From Antedon mediterranea (taxonomy: Eukaryota > Animalia > Echinodermata), in the NCBI RefSeq assembly GCF_964355755.1, contig NC_092677.1, positions 25,903,175 through 25,967,174 on the forward strand: a DNA stretch of 64,000 nucleotides, read 5' to 3'. Numbering within the stretch: the stretch's first letter is position 1; each line of letters opens with the position of its first letter. The notes under the pieces are model-generated. The model was not told the DNA's origin. It did no database searches and was given only the letters and a program-made list of their open reading frames with translations. Both the position numbers and the translations under genes were made by a program. Shown piece after piece: positions 13,427 to 25,992 of the stretch.

Positions 13427-14361
13427 CAGATTCAGGGAAAGCGATAGGATCGCATGTCCTGACTTTTTTAAGAAGCTATTGAAATTACAATGTACGTTAT
13501 CGGCCCTCGTTTAAAAAATTCTGGATCCGCCAACTCCCCACTTTTTTTAAAAGCTATTAAAATTGCAGTATAAAATTAAACCTTGTGTGGAGAATTACAC
13601 ACCAGTACTTATATAAAATACCTCTTTACTGTTATAATATAGCAATATATTAGTGGATATTCAAAGGGATTATTTACAATTGTTTAAGTTCATTTTTTAG
13701 TGCAACCCTATTATTTACCTAGATGGTTACTACTCCTAGAATACCCAGTGGCGGAAAACATTTGAAAATATATATTATTGGTGTGGCAAGAAAATTTCAC
13801 TAAATTTTCAACTAAAAGTGTTAGTTCAAGACATTTTGAACAAACTTATTTTTTAATTGGACTTTGGATTAAAGAAGCTGGAACAAAACAAATAATCTGT
13901 TTTAAAATAACAATTACTATACATGTGTTACATAATAATTTAAAATAAACAACAAATAACATTAAAAATATATATTTTCAACTTAAACACAAACTATGAT
14001 TAAAAATAAAAACACGATTTAAGACTATATCCCTTAAAATTACTATATTAAAACCTTTATATTTTAAATAATATTTTGGCGTCTTTTTGATAAAGATTGT
14101 AAAAGTTTAATAATATAAATAATAATGTTTAAATTTCAAAAAACATAAATATTTTTAGATTAATTTTTTAAACTTGTTTTAGCCATAGTCATATTGAGTA
14201 AAAATATTATGATAGCCTGGCAACGCAATTTACCTAGCAACTAAAGTAGTTTGTTTTTGTTCAAATTGTAATTTTAGATCAATTGGTTTGAATTTGTATA
14301 CTAACTCTGCATGTGTCATAACATTAAACTTATAATATGGTGAAGTTTCCAATGTTTTACG

Positions 14362-17300
14362 TTATAATTCTTCTTCATTCTTTACTTTTGTACATTCTGA
14401 TTTTGGTATAACTGAATTGTAGTGCTCTCCCAGTCCAAAGGCATGTCGATGATACCTGACAATAAAAGAATGTATTATAATGAATGTGGTAAAATTTATT
14501 GAATCCTACGTTGAATGATTTATACTATAAAGGCAAATTTACACAGACGAGCCGTAAATAATGTCTATTTTATTCCTTATGAACATTTACACAAAGCGCG
14601 GAGTGAACTGGCGGTTTCCGCTGATGATAGCTACAGATTCTACGCGGGACAAGCTACATGTTTTTCGCTTACCGTTACCACTCGTCTGTGTAAATTGGCC
14701 TTAAAAGAGAGTTTGAACATATGTTTAATATCATACATTATTTGCTAATGCGTGTATTTACAAACACAGAGAATCAAATTGACCGAAATTGTACTGGGAA
14801 GGCTTTAAACTACTCATTTGAAAATTATCCACCATCTTGGATCAAATATGGCTAAATTCCCAACTTTGGCTGTGTTTTTATTTTTAATTTTGTAATATGA
14901 TGATGTTAAGTCTACTTACGAGAGGATGAGCGGCATATGTTTTTCCCTAAAGTGTTCTCCAACCGTCAATGGAGGGCTATCCGCTTGAATGACTTCAATT
15001 GGTGATTGGTAAATATGACTTATTGCATTAATCTATAAATAATAATAAAAGCAATTATTGATTTAGCTTAGCATTCTAATTTTTTTATGTCATAAAAACG
15101 TAGAAATGCACTCACCTCATGCTGGCCACCCCATGCAGCAGTGTTGGCTATTTCTCTGCAGTATTCTTCATACTCTTCTAAAAAAACAAAAACCGCAAAT
15201 AAATGTATTTTCAACCAGGACTGGGAGTCGTTCTTTATCCAGGGTTGAATCTGGGTTTTTCCGCATGATAGTCAAGTGTCCTGACCGTGATATTTCTTTT
15301 CGTACATAAACGTCACAAAATAAACATGACTAGTCATTAATGGTGTGTGGTGTGACGTAAGAATTGACTTAACTAAAATTCGTTAATGCAAACGCATTCT
15401 GTCGAGCCGTCTGTGTAGTCAGATGGATTAGGTTACGGACTTTGCATGTCGGTGTATGGGGTTCGAATCCCATGAGCAACATCTTTTTACTTTATAGTGA
15501 GAGAGAGAGATTATTTAGAGGGTTAGGTTTAGTTATATTTAGGAAGTAGTTTGACTATCTTTCACAAAAGGAGTCCCCAACTTTAAAAATTGCCTCCTGA
15601 CCACTATAACTCTGCTTCCTGACCACTGTAACTCTGCTTCCTGACCACTGTAACTCTGCGTCCTGACCACTGTAACTCTGTACTAAACTAAACTGCATTA
15701 ATATCAGCTGATTGTAATGTAATGATATACAGCATACCTTTAGTGTAGGGTTCCCCTGAATCAATTTTACAAAGAAAATACATAAAATCTTCCATATGAG
15801 ATCTCATGTATTCAGCTGTCTGTTCTCGCAAGCTCTGCAGTTTGGTCTGTGAGAATACAAATTAAAAGATTTTTAGTTGAATATGTAGTAACATATAAGA
15901 GCGCCCTCTTGTAGCTATTTAATTCTTTTTTCTGTTATTTGATAATTTAGATTTCCAGACTTTCTGTTAAAACAAATATTAATAATTTTTTTTTTTACAG
16001 AAGTAAATAACTTTATTACAACTGCAAAATGGCCTATTTAAAGTCTGATTTTATTAATTTTCATGTTTTTGGGGGACATTACATCAATATTACCATTTAC
16101 TTTTAGATTTTGTGCTTTATACAACATACAGGTTGTGACTAACCTGAGTACCTTGTCTTGCCAGTTGATCAATCAGGGCATTATACAAACAATGACCATC
16201 TGACGCAATCTGAAATAAAATATTCATTCATCTAAATCATTTCACAAATAACACCCCTTTACATTATTCAACACCGTGAATAAATTCTGGAGAAATGCCC
16301 AAGTGTCTCAGGACCAATCGCATTAACAGCCACTGCCACAAACTTATCATAGTACTATACTATACACTGGGCTCTCTGGGTCTTTTACTGAAGAGAGGCT
16401 TTCCAGTATAAAGAATAAATAATATAATAATGTTATTATAAATGCTGTAGAGAATGAAATTCCAAAATGGTAATATACTAGGTACCATTCGATTGTATAA
16501 TATACTTCACAGACAGTGAGCAAGGTGATTACACAAACCTCGCGTATGCACAGGCCACGCTGAGCTAAAATCGAGTTTATCTTTTGTTCTTCCATTTTTC
16601 GACTACTAAACACGTTGTTCGTTTCGTCCTCCACAATTCTTCTTTCACGCTCCTTTTCCTTGTTTGCCTTTTTATTCTAAAAAAAATAACAAATTCCGGA
16701 GTGATATAGGATATATATGCCATTCAGCATAATCCCTGCAAGCCGGAGAGAAGATAGGCACCACTGGGAGATATGGCTTATGCCTGTGTATTGTATCATG
16801 GTGAGTACCACAACTGTATCACATCTGCTACACCTCTACAATCATCTAGGTCTAACTAGCAATATATTTACAATTGGAAAATTGATTTTATTCAGCATTT
16901 AAAAATACAGAAGTGATTTGGTGAAAGTGGAAACTATTTTATTAACTACATTAAGGAACATGTTAAAATTATTCTACTGAAGTTACTGCAGTAACTATAT
17001 AAAAATGTAGTGACTGCAGCAGAATAATTTTGACATGGTCTCAAAAGAATGTGATGTGCCTATATATGGACATGATGATGTCATATCACTACCATATGTG
17101 GGCACATCACTACCATACTTGGGCACATCACTGCCATATTTGGGCACATCACATTTTCTAGTGACTTAAAGTTTGAGAGAGTAGACAGAGCTTTAGTAAA
17201 ACAATATAAATGTTCTTGTACCCTTCTTTTTTGTGCTCTTGTTGTTTTAACTGGCACCTTCTCATCCACCTTATCTTCAGATTTTTCTTCTACATTTAAA

Positions 17301-18558
17301 TTGTCCATTTCCGATTCCAATCCATTTTCCTAGAGAGAAACACAATTTTTGCTTAAAGTGATGCTGTAAAATTTAAGAAAAATGAAGGAATAGGAAATCA
17401 ATACAGTAATCTTATTTTAGTTTTAAAGCTCTGTCTACACTATCACACTAGTTTGATAAACAAGTGTGATGTGCCCAAATATGGTAGTGATATGACATCA
17501 TCATGTCCATATTTGGGCACATCACATTTTTCTGTCATATAAAGTTTGATAGTGTACAGAGAGTTTAAAAATGATCTCTTTAAAATATCTAGGATCATGT
17601 CTGAAACCTTTTATTCATACTTTTCATACCAGCAACAGTTATAAATAAAGGTTACAGTAGTATTGTTAAACAGGAAAAAAAATTGGTTAAAATAAAAATT
17701 TTTCATTAAAATAATTTCAGGAAGGATTTTTTAAAAATACAAAAATCTCTATTTTGAGAAATCTAGGAATTAGGTAACGTTAGTAGCTGAAATTGGGACA
17801 CAAAAGCGGTCGAGTTTCCGTTGTTGGTCTGGGAAAAATAATCTCTAAACCAACCATAATAAACTCTTCACCGGCAGTATGGGCATTAAGCTCTTCTTCA
17901 TGGCGTTTATTAAGTTGGGCCTCAAGTTTTTCTATTTCTATCGTTGTGTCTTTCTTTTTCTTCTTATCACCTTTTGGAACTGCATGTTTCATGGACTGGA
18001 TTTTACCTATATGAAGAACAAAAGTATAATATAAGTAAGTATACTATATACTGTACTGTACTTTTTCTATAAGAGTATTAACTATTATAAAATTCATTAT
18101 AAATTACTGTACACTATAAATATAATACCAATAATAAAATACTGTCTAATAGTAATACTATCTATAACTATAGGAGGAGGCCTCCTAATTTTATTATTTT
18201 TTTAAATGTATATTTATCAGGATGAATGCAAAAATATATTAATTGAAATATTATGTGTTCATGAGTTGGCTAGGCCTAGACATTGATTGCTAACATAGAA
18301 TAATAATGCCGGGACAAGCCTCTCATAATCACTTTCTTTGGTTTGATCGGTGGGATAGTGGAGAGAGAGAAGCCTAAAACGGGATTTGAAAATTTTCATT
18401 GGAATTTCTCATAAAATAATTAGTAACAGACATTCATTTGGAACTAATAGGATAACACTGTAATTCTCTAACTTACCTTGTAACTCTTTGCGTTCTCTTT
18501 TGTGCCTTTGTGCAACATTTTCATTATTTATTATGGGACTATCTTCAAAATCTCCCAT
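14362..18558 (-). CDS. OTUD6B: OTU deubiquitinase OTUD6B
   Basis: About 9 exons from MGDFEDSP...QRHKRERKELQGKIQSMKHAVPKGDKKKKKD through IASDGHCLYNA (catalytic Cys, ~16180-16210) to YHRHAFGLGEHYNSV (catalytic His, last exon 14456-14362). The exon-2 donor position is uncertain. Confidence 0.93.
14531..14701. mobile_element. Harbinger-type MITE family C (TIR AGGCCAATTTACACAGACGAG)
   Basis: Inverted termini with TAA on both flanks; a truncated left end of the same family sits at 22083-22110. Confidence 0.75.
15406..15480 (+). mobile_element. tRNA-derived SINE head or tRNA pseudogene in an OTUD6B intron
   Basis: A-box-like TAGTCAGATGG and B-box GGTTCGAATCC at tRNA spacing; acceptor and anticodon stems are imperfect. 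Confidence 0.5.
15596..15682. repeat. 22-bp tandem repeat (CCTGACCACTGTAACTCTGCTT) x4
   Basis: Direct tandem units visible in sequence. Confidence 0.85.
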
Positions 18559-18731
18559 TTTTCGTTCGCGCTACGAAAATCATCAACAAGGTCACATAAA
18601 GACACTAGTTATATACACGGCCGTCGTTATAATTGAATCAGTTTTTATCAACTGGTGAGTTCAGATAGCATGAGCCATTTCCCTGCAAATAGATATTAGC
18701 TGTACGTTGAGAGAGTCAAATTTCGCGGAAA
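18559..18731. promoter_or_regulatory. Compact bidirectional promoter shared by OTUD6B and RABGGTA
   Basis: Divergent start codons 173 bp apart; E2F-like TTTCGCGG at 18721 and TTCGCGC near 18565. Confidence 0.65.
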
Positions 18732-21700
18732 ATGGTGGGCTCATTTTAAAATTAATTTATTTGTTGTTATAACATATAAGTTAAAAGTAAACTTTATATA
18801 TTTATATTATGTCTGAATGGTATTAATAGTTTTACGCAAAATTCGTGTAGTTTTTAGTGATTTTGACTGCCAAATAATGATAGAAAGTTTTAGGCTTTGC
18901 TGTGATTTGTTGCATGACAATTTCAGAGGGAAACGGGAGGTATTGATTGAGAAAAAAAAAGTTAATTTCTAGAGGAAGTGATCTCTGGGCCTAGGCGTAC
19001 CCAATGTGAATTCAAAACAATTTTCACACTTACACACCAGACACCACCCCCTCCCCTGCAGTGTAACCCTAAATTATTACTGAAACTACACCCCAGCAGA
19101 TTTGCAAGACCCTGTCCATCCCCCCCCCCCCCTCTCTTCCGCCAACACTCCTACTCCTACTACTCTACCTTACTCTAAAAGTATGCACTGTAAATGGTTG
19201 TGATCTTTATTTTACTAGCATGGGCGAGTAAAAGTAAGAACTACCGAAGAACAGAAGGAAGCTAAACGCAAAGAAAGGGAAAAGAAATTAAAACTTTATA
19301 ATGGCGTTACGTCCAAAATATGGAAAAAGGTATTGTACATAAACTTTTGTTTGTTTTTGTCTCATAATAAATATCTAATTCAGGATGCTTCGCATAACAC
19401 ATGTTATTAAGCGTTCATATTACAGCATTAATTTGTTTTTATAGCGAGAAGAGAAAGAATTGGATGAGGAAGCGTTAGGGTTAACGAGGGAAGTACTAGC
19501 AGCCAATCCGGACTTCTATACCATGTGGAATTTCAGGAAAGAGATATTTTTAGAGATGAGTTCATCACGGTAAGGGATTATTCATTTTTACCAAGCCGCA
19601 GCTTTAAAAAAAATATATATTTTTTTATTAAAATTAACTGACTGACTGGAGATAACCTCCAATAATAAGTTGACAATCCATTCATAAGCCATACATACAT
19701 ACACACAAGATGCCCTACATAAAGAAAGTCTTAAGCTCTATCTACTATCAAATTAGTTTGATGTGTGATGTGCCCAAATATGGTAGTGATATGCCTAAAT
19801 ATTCTTCTTCTTTATTGTATCAAACAAAAACAATTTAATACAAAAGGTAGCCAAGATATAGCCGAAGCTAATCAAGCTTGGTACCTTTTATCTTAACTAA
19901 CTTAAGCTACAAAATTAACAAATAAATAACAGAACTTAAAAGAAAATAAAAATTTTATAACGTCAAAAACAAAACAAAATATTTTTGGAATAATAAATAA
20001 ATAACATAACATAACATAAAGTACTGTATGTACTGTACTGTATGTACTGTACTGTATGTACTGTACTGTATGTACTGTACTGTATGTACTGTACTGTATG
20101 TACTGTACTGTATGTACTGTACTGTATGTACTGTACTGTATGTACTGTACTGTATGTACTGTACTGTATGTACTGTACTGTAATAAACAAAACCATATCA
20201 GTTCAATAGATAATATCTAATGAATTAACAATATATAAAACATTGTAAATTATAGATTATTCTTTTATATACTTAAATAAAAGTAATTCTTTAAGTTGTT
20301 TAGAGAAAGCAAATCTAGATGTAATTGTTCGTAATTCTAAAGGTAAATCATTCCAAATAACAGCACCAGAAAAAGAAATTCTAAATCGTCCACAATTAAT
20401 ACGACAAGGGGGAATGGCTAAATTAAAATAATGATTAATTCTTGTATTATATGCATGATCGGTAGTTTCAAAATAATCAGATATGGTAGTGATATGACAT
20501 CATCATGTACATATATGGGCACATCACATTTTTTTGTCACATAAAGTTTGATAGTGTGGACAGAGCTTTACTGTATGTCAATCAATTGTTTGACAGGATT
20601 TGAACCAGAACCCTGGGATTTGTAGGAGAGTATCTTAACAATTAATTATTAGTAATAAATGCTTTCTCTATAAAAGTAGCTAGTAATAGCAAAGAAAGTC
20701 ATACAATATAAATGTAATATCTTTCAAATCTATAACTTTATTTGACATTCACTTTTATTTATTATTCACAATTATTTTCGTTAAAATGATCAGACCAAAA
20801 GATAATTTCCAGACACTGTGTTCTTCTGAGCTGTCATTCCTAGAGGATTGTCTGCAAGTGAATCCCAAATCATATGGTGCATGGCATCATAGATGCTGGA
20901 TTATGGACCACATGCCTCAGCCAGATTGGAAGAAAGAATTAAAATTATGTGACATATACCTTGAGCACGATGAACGTAATTGTAAGTTTTGTTTTGTTTA
21001 TTTTCCACTCTTCAAATAAATTTAAACAGTTTTAACATAAGTATACAGTGTATATTGGGTGGATGGAGGTCACAGTAAGTTCATTGAACTGTAAGTCATG
21101 ACCCCCGTTTCAATAATAGCATGCTACGGAGTAGAATAAAATATATGTGTTTAAAAATGAGGGTACATAAAAATCAAGTACATAAGTTAATTTTTATTAT
21201 CTTTTTTTATCGAGTTAATAATATAGTAGAACTCATATTACATTTATATATTGGTCTATTTATTTTCTTTTTTTGTCATTATTTTTCACGTTGTTTGTGT
21301 TTGTATCGGTGTTGAGGGCCTCATGCATGTCATGTTATTGAGTCATCCTCATTAAACAAAGTTTAATAAAAAAAATTAAATTAAAGGGACATAAAAAAGA
21401 ATCAACAAAAATTTGTTAAAGTTTAGCAAAAAACTATATTGCCCTGATTTGAAATATTTAGAGCCAATATCAAACTATTTTTGTATAATTTGTTATTAAA
21501 TTACAACCTTTTCCTTTTTTACAGTTCATTGCTGGGACTATCGTCGTTTTGTCGTTGCAAGGTCAAAGGTTGCAGCAAAAGATGAATTGGATTTTTCAAC
21601 TTCGAAGATCAGTAGTAATTTTTCAAATTTCTCATCCTGGCATTACCGCAGCAAACTTCTTCCGTTGCTCTATCCCGATGAGAAAAATACCGGAAGAGTC

Positions 21701-24700
21701 CGGGAAGATGTTCTACTTGAAGGTATGTTAATCTTTATATTGACAAATATAAAATAAAGAGTTTTGATAAAGTGCAGTTGTTTTATGTTGTATATATTTA
21801 TGTTCCCAAGACTTTATGTAATAAAAAAATGTGATATACTGTATCTATGGACATGATGATGTCATCACTACCATATTTGGGCACATCACTACCATATTTA
21901 AGCATATCACTACCATATTTGGGCACATCACACTTTTTTGTCAAAATAGTTTGATAGTGTAGACATTTCTTACTTTTACAGAGTATGAACTTGCCCAAAA
22001 TGCGTTCTTTACTGATCCAAATGATCAAAGTGCTTGGTTTTACCATCGCTGGTTGCTAGGCAGAGGTAAGTACTTCATATTAAGGCCAATTTACACAGAC
22101 AAGCCGTAACAGTAAGCTAAAAACAAAAAATAAAGAATTATTATTATCATTATTTTTCACAGCTGAAAGCCCGCAAAATATTAATTTTCTGTATGCCAAT
22201 AAACGGCGCAATATGATTTTAGTAGTATTTGCTAAACCTGTTCTCATTCCGGAGAAAAACAATGTTAAGGTCAGCCTAGATGGTCAACTATTAGCTGGAC
22301 AATGGAGAACATCAAGTGGCCAGCACGTTCATTCTCAAGTCTGGGTATCTTTGTACTTCGTATTAATATTGTCAAGGATCAATGATTTTAGATGAAAAAT
22401 ATCATTACTAATCATTATCATCACCACTGATGTAATCATTATCGTCTTAAATCATTTTAATCATTGTTATAATCCATATTATTATCATTATCCTCATTAT
22501 CATTCAGTACTAATACAGTAAATTAATCATATCATTGTCATTATCAACACTATCATTGTAATCATAATCAACATCAGTATCTTTAAAATCATTTGTAATA
22601 TTATAAGCCTTATCAAAATGGTAACAGATTTTCACACCAGATTGTGATAAGATCAATGGAGTAACTTTGGATTTTAACTTGGACAATGGACTGGTCAAGA
22701 AAGCGTGTTCATTTACAGAAGGCAGGTAGCTTTACATTTAGTTATAGGATGATGGTGACATTTTGATAATGATTTTGTGGATGATAGTGGTGTTAATGAT
22801 GTTAGTGGTTTGGTATTTAACAGTGTTGGTATTGTGGTATTAATGGTGTTAGTGATTTGGTATTAACAGTGTTGGTAGTGTGTGGTATTAATGGTGTTAG
22901 TGGTTTGGTATTAACAGTGTTGGTAGTGTGGTATTAATGGTATTAGTGGTTTGGTATTAACAGTGTTGGTAGTGTGGTATTAATGGTGTTAGTGATTTGG
23001 TATTAACAGTGTTGGTAGTGTGTTATTAATGGTATTAGTGGTTTGGTTTTTAACTACAGTGTTATTGACTTTTACTGGTAATAATTTATATATTAAGTCA
23101 TTTGTTCTATAAATGAATTTTTTACTGATATTTATTTATAAATGTTTTAAGGACTTTGCTAATTCTTGACCCGTATACGCCCATAGCACACTTAGTTATT
23201 TTAAGTACCTCATTATCTGTAAAATATTAACTTCGCTTTCCTGTGCACTGATGCGTATCTGAAAAAGGTTTCACTTTTCCCGCTATAGGGGATTCCGAAA
23301 GTTGGAGTAAGGAAACGAATGTGGCAGCGACAATGTTCTCTTCGCAATTAAGCGTGGAAAAATCAAGCGTCCTTGCGCAAGAGCTGGAGTCTTGCCAGCA
23401 ACTCCTCGAACTAGAACCAGATAATAAATGTAAGAAAATCACTGTTTAATTGTCAAACATTTTTTTATAGAAATAAATCAGAAAGAAAATATTGTTGAAA
23501 TAAAAGAAATAAATAAAGTATAGTTATATATAATAATTTGTAGTATAAATATATAAACAGTATAAATAACGTTTCTGGTTATAGGATAACTTGTGGTATT
23601 CATTCCCCCCCCCCCCCCCACCCTTCTCTCTTTCTTAAAATAAAGCTCTGTCTACACTATCAAAAAACGTGTGATGTGACCAAATATGGTAGTGATATGC
23701 TTAAATATGGTAGTGATATGCTTAAATATGGTAGTGATATGACATCATCAACACTATCAAAAAACGTGTGATGTGACCAAATATGGTAGTGATATGCTTA
23801 AATATGGTAGTGATATGCTTAAATATGGTAGTGATATGCTTAAATATGGTAGTGATATGACATCATCATGTCTATGTATAGGCACATCACATTTTTTTGT
23901 CACATCAAGTTTGATAGTGTAGACAGAGCTTAAGATATTAAAATGTTGTAATTTTGTATTAATTGTTTGTGCAGTTTAATATAATATTATTTTAATACCA
24001 TAAGTACAATTAGCAGTGTAATTGGAACGCTATATTTTTATACTTAATAGTTTGTAAAATGTTTTGCGAGAACATAATTAATTTATTTATAATTTTCTAA
24101 AGATAAAAATAATAGTTTGTCAAAACTAAAGTTTTCCAATCAAAATGAAATTAATAAAAATTGAAAATCATTAATTTTAGATGTTGAAAGATAAAACATT
24201 GAGAACTGTCTCTCACTTTCACAATGTACTTTCAAATTCACTTTTACTTTAATTTGTCATTTATCGTTATTTTCATCAGGGTGTGTTTTCACAATTATCC
24301 AGCTGATGAGGTCATTAGACCCGCTGCGATACGAGTCAGAAACCGACGGTCACGTGAACGTGCTCCTGAAATCCGACCCATATCGTGCTAACTACTTCCA
24401 TGATCTAAGAAGTAGATTTTGTATCGAGAATGCTATATTAAGAGCTGAAACAGCAGGAAATAATGTTAAAACTATTGATATATCTAATAAGGTATTAAAA
24501 ATATGTATATGTTGTTTATGTTTCACTATTCAAGATACATTTTCCCCTTGGAAATAAAAAAAAATATTTTTGTTCAATATGCCATTTTAATATCACGTAA
24601 CACTATAATGATAAAACCATAATTTAAAGGAAAACTGGAAATTGGGTTTTTTTTTGGTTAAATTTAAATGTTTACACTATCAAACTAGTTTGACAAAAAA

Positions 24701-25992
24701 TGTTGTGTCCAAATATGGTAGTGATATGCCCAAATATGGTAGTGATATGACATCATGTCCATATATGGGCACATCACATTCTTATATCACATAAACTTTC
24801 ATAGTGTAAACAGAGCTTTATAATATATGTTATTATGTTTTCGTAAAATTCTTATATTAAATATTAAATTAATCACTAGGAACTGACAACTCTAACACAT
24901 CTTGAACATCTGGTGTCAGTGGAGGAAATAAACTTGTCATCCAACAAACTAACATCATTAAAGGGTTGTCACATGTTACAATGTGCGAAGAAGATCCTCG
25001 TGGACGATAACAACATCGATAGTTTGCAGGAGCTCGTGCGATTACCATCTCTCGAGGAACTTTCTATAAAAAATAACAGTATCCTTTGTCGAATATTTAT
25101 ATATTGTTTTTTTTTTATTTATTTTTTTTATTAACTTATAAATTTTCATAACATGAACAAAAAGGTAACAGACAAAAATATTTATATCTTTATAAATTTA
25201 TAATTTTAAAGGATCTAAAACAGTGGCGAATTTTTAATTTTTTTAATTTTTTATTTTTTGTTGCATGTATAGTTTCTTAGAATAGAATTCAAATAACTAG
25301 GAATGACCTTTGACCTTTGCCAATCGCCGATAAGATCAAGTGGTCTCCAACATTTGGTAAGCATGCATTATATAATTTATCTAATAATAATAATTTAACG
25401 ATTTTTTTCGCCCAATATCAGACAATTTTGGATTAGCCAATTTTGCTTCATGTTCCAGAAAAAAATAAAGTTTTTAATGAAGAAAATATTTGGGACCTTT
25501 TGGACTGTCTACACTATCAAACTAATTTGAAAAAAAATTGTGATGTGCCCAAATATGGTAGTGATATGCCCAAATATGGTAGTGATATGACATCATCATG
25601 TCCATATATGGGCACATCACATTTTTGTTGTCAAATTAGTTTGATAGTGTAGACATAGCTTCAAGAAAAGTCTGCGTTTGGGATAGTTTCGGTTTTCTAA
25701 GATTCTGGTATTGGCAAAGTTTACTGTAGTAGTCACCATGTTTCTTTGTCTATTTTACTATTTATTTATTTATTTATTTATTTATTTATTTTACTATTAT
25801 TTTGCTATTATGTATTCTTATCGAATGCTATCAGATATCAAATCTATAGTTGAACTTTCAAATTTAACTTTTTCACCAAATCTGACAATACTGTGTCTCC
25901 AAGGCAACCCAGTTGGTCAAATTGATGGTTTCCAGAGTGTAATCAAAAATCTACTTCCTCAGCTCCAAGCCCTCAATGGAGTTGAATTTTAA
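18732..25992 (+). CDS. RABGGTA: Rab geranylgeranyltransferase alpha subunit
   Basis: ATG-only first coding exon 18732-18734, then 19219-19329, 19445-19569, 20794-20981, 21525-21722, 21982-22065, 22163-22344, 22628-22721, 23289-23429, 24280-24491, 24880-25078, 25835-25992. [32 protein letters not shown] repeats ([56 protein letters not shown]), Ig-like insert and C-terminal LRRs. Confidence 0.96.
19802..20480 (-). mobile_element. 5'-truncated CR1-group (L2/Crack/Daphne-like) LINE 3' end
   Basis: Minus strand ~20479-20257 reads [67 protein letters not shown], the HxYxTR...WNxLP...FxKxLK ORF2 C-terminus. It ends in AATAAA(GAA)n. Confidence 0.8.
20021..20181. repeat. 14-bp tandem repeat (GTACTGTATGTACT)n inside the LINE 3' UTR
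   Basis: About 11 perfect units. Confidence 0.95.
22795..23050. repeat. ~46-bp G/T-rich minisatellite in a RABGGTA intron
   Basis: Repeating GGTATTAACAGTGTTGGTAGTGTGGTATTAATGGTGTTAGTGGTTT units. Confidence 0.85.
23644..23930. mobile_element. Family A MITE with internal tandem expansion
   Basis: TAA flanks on both sides; duplicated left arm and several AAATATGGTAGTGATATGCTT units. Confidence 0.85.

Larger units (their letters stand above)
19734..20567. mobile_element. Family A MITE interrupted by a LINE fragment
   Basis: Left arm 19734-19801 and right arm 20481-20567, with TTA duplications outside. Confidence 0.8.

Noticed and set aside
13133-13482. Three overlapping ORFs with HHPGADASSRGG repeats
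   Set aside because: Translations of a 20-bp minisatellite; no gene context.
15406-15480. Functional tRNA gene
   Set aside because: A and B boxes are present but the acceptor and anticodon stems do not pair properly; more likely a SINE head or pseudogene.
24303-24350. CTGATGA-GGTC-ATTA-GACC, resembling a hammerhead core with stem II
   Set aside because: Not followed by GAAA, and it lies in RABGGTA coding sequence.
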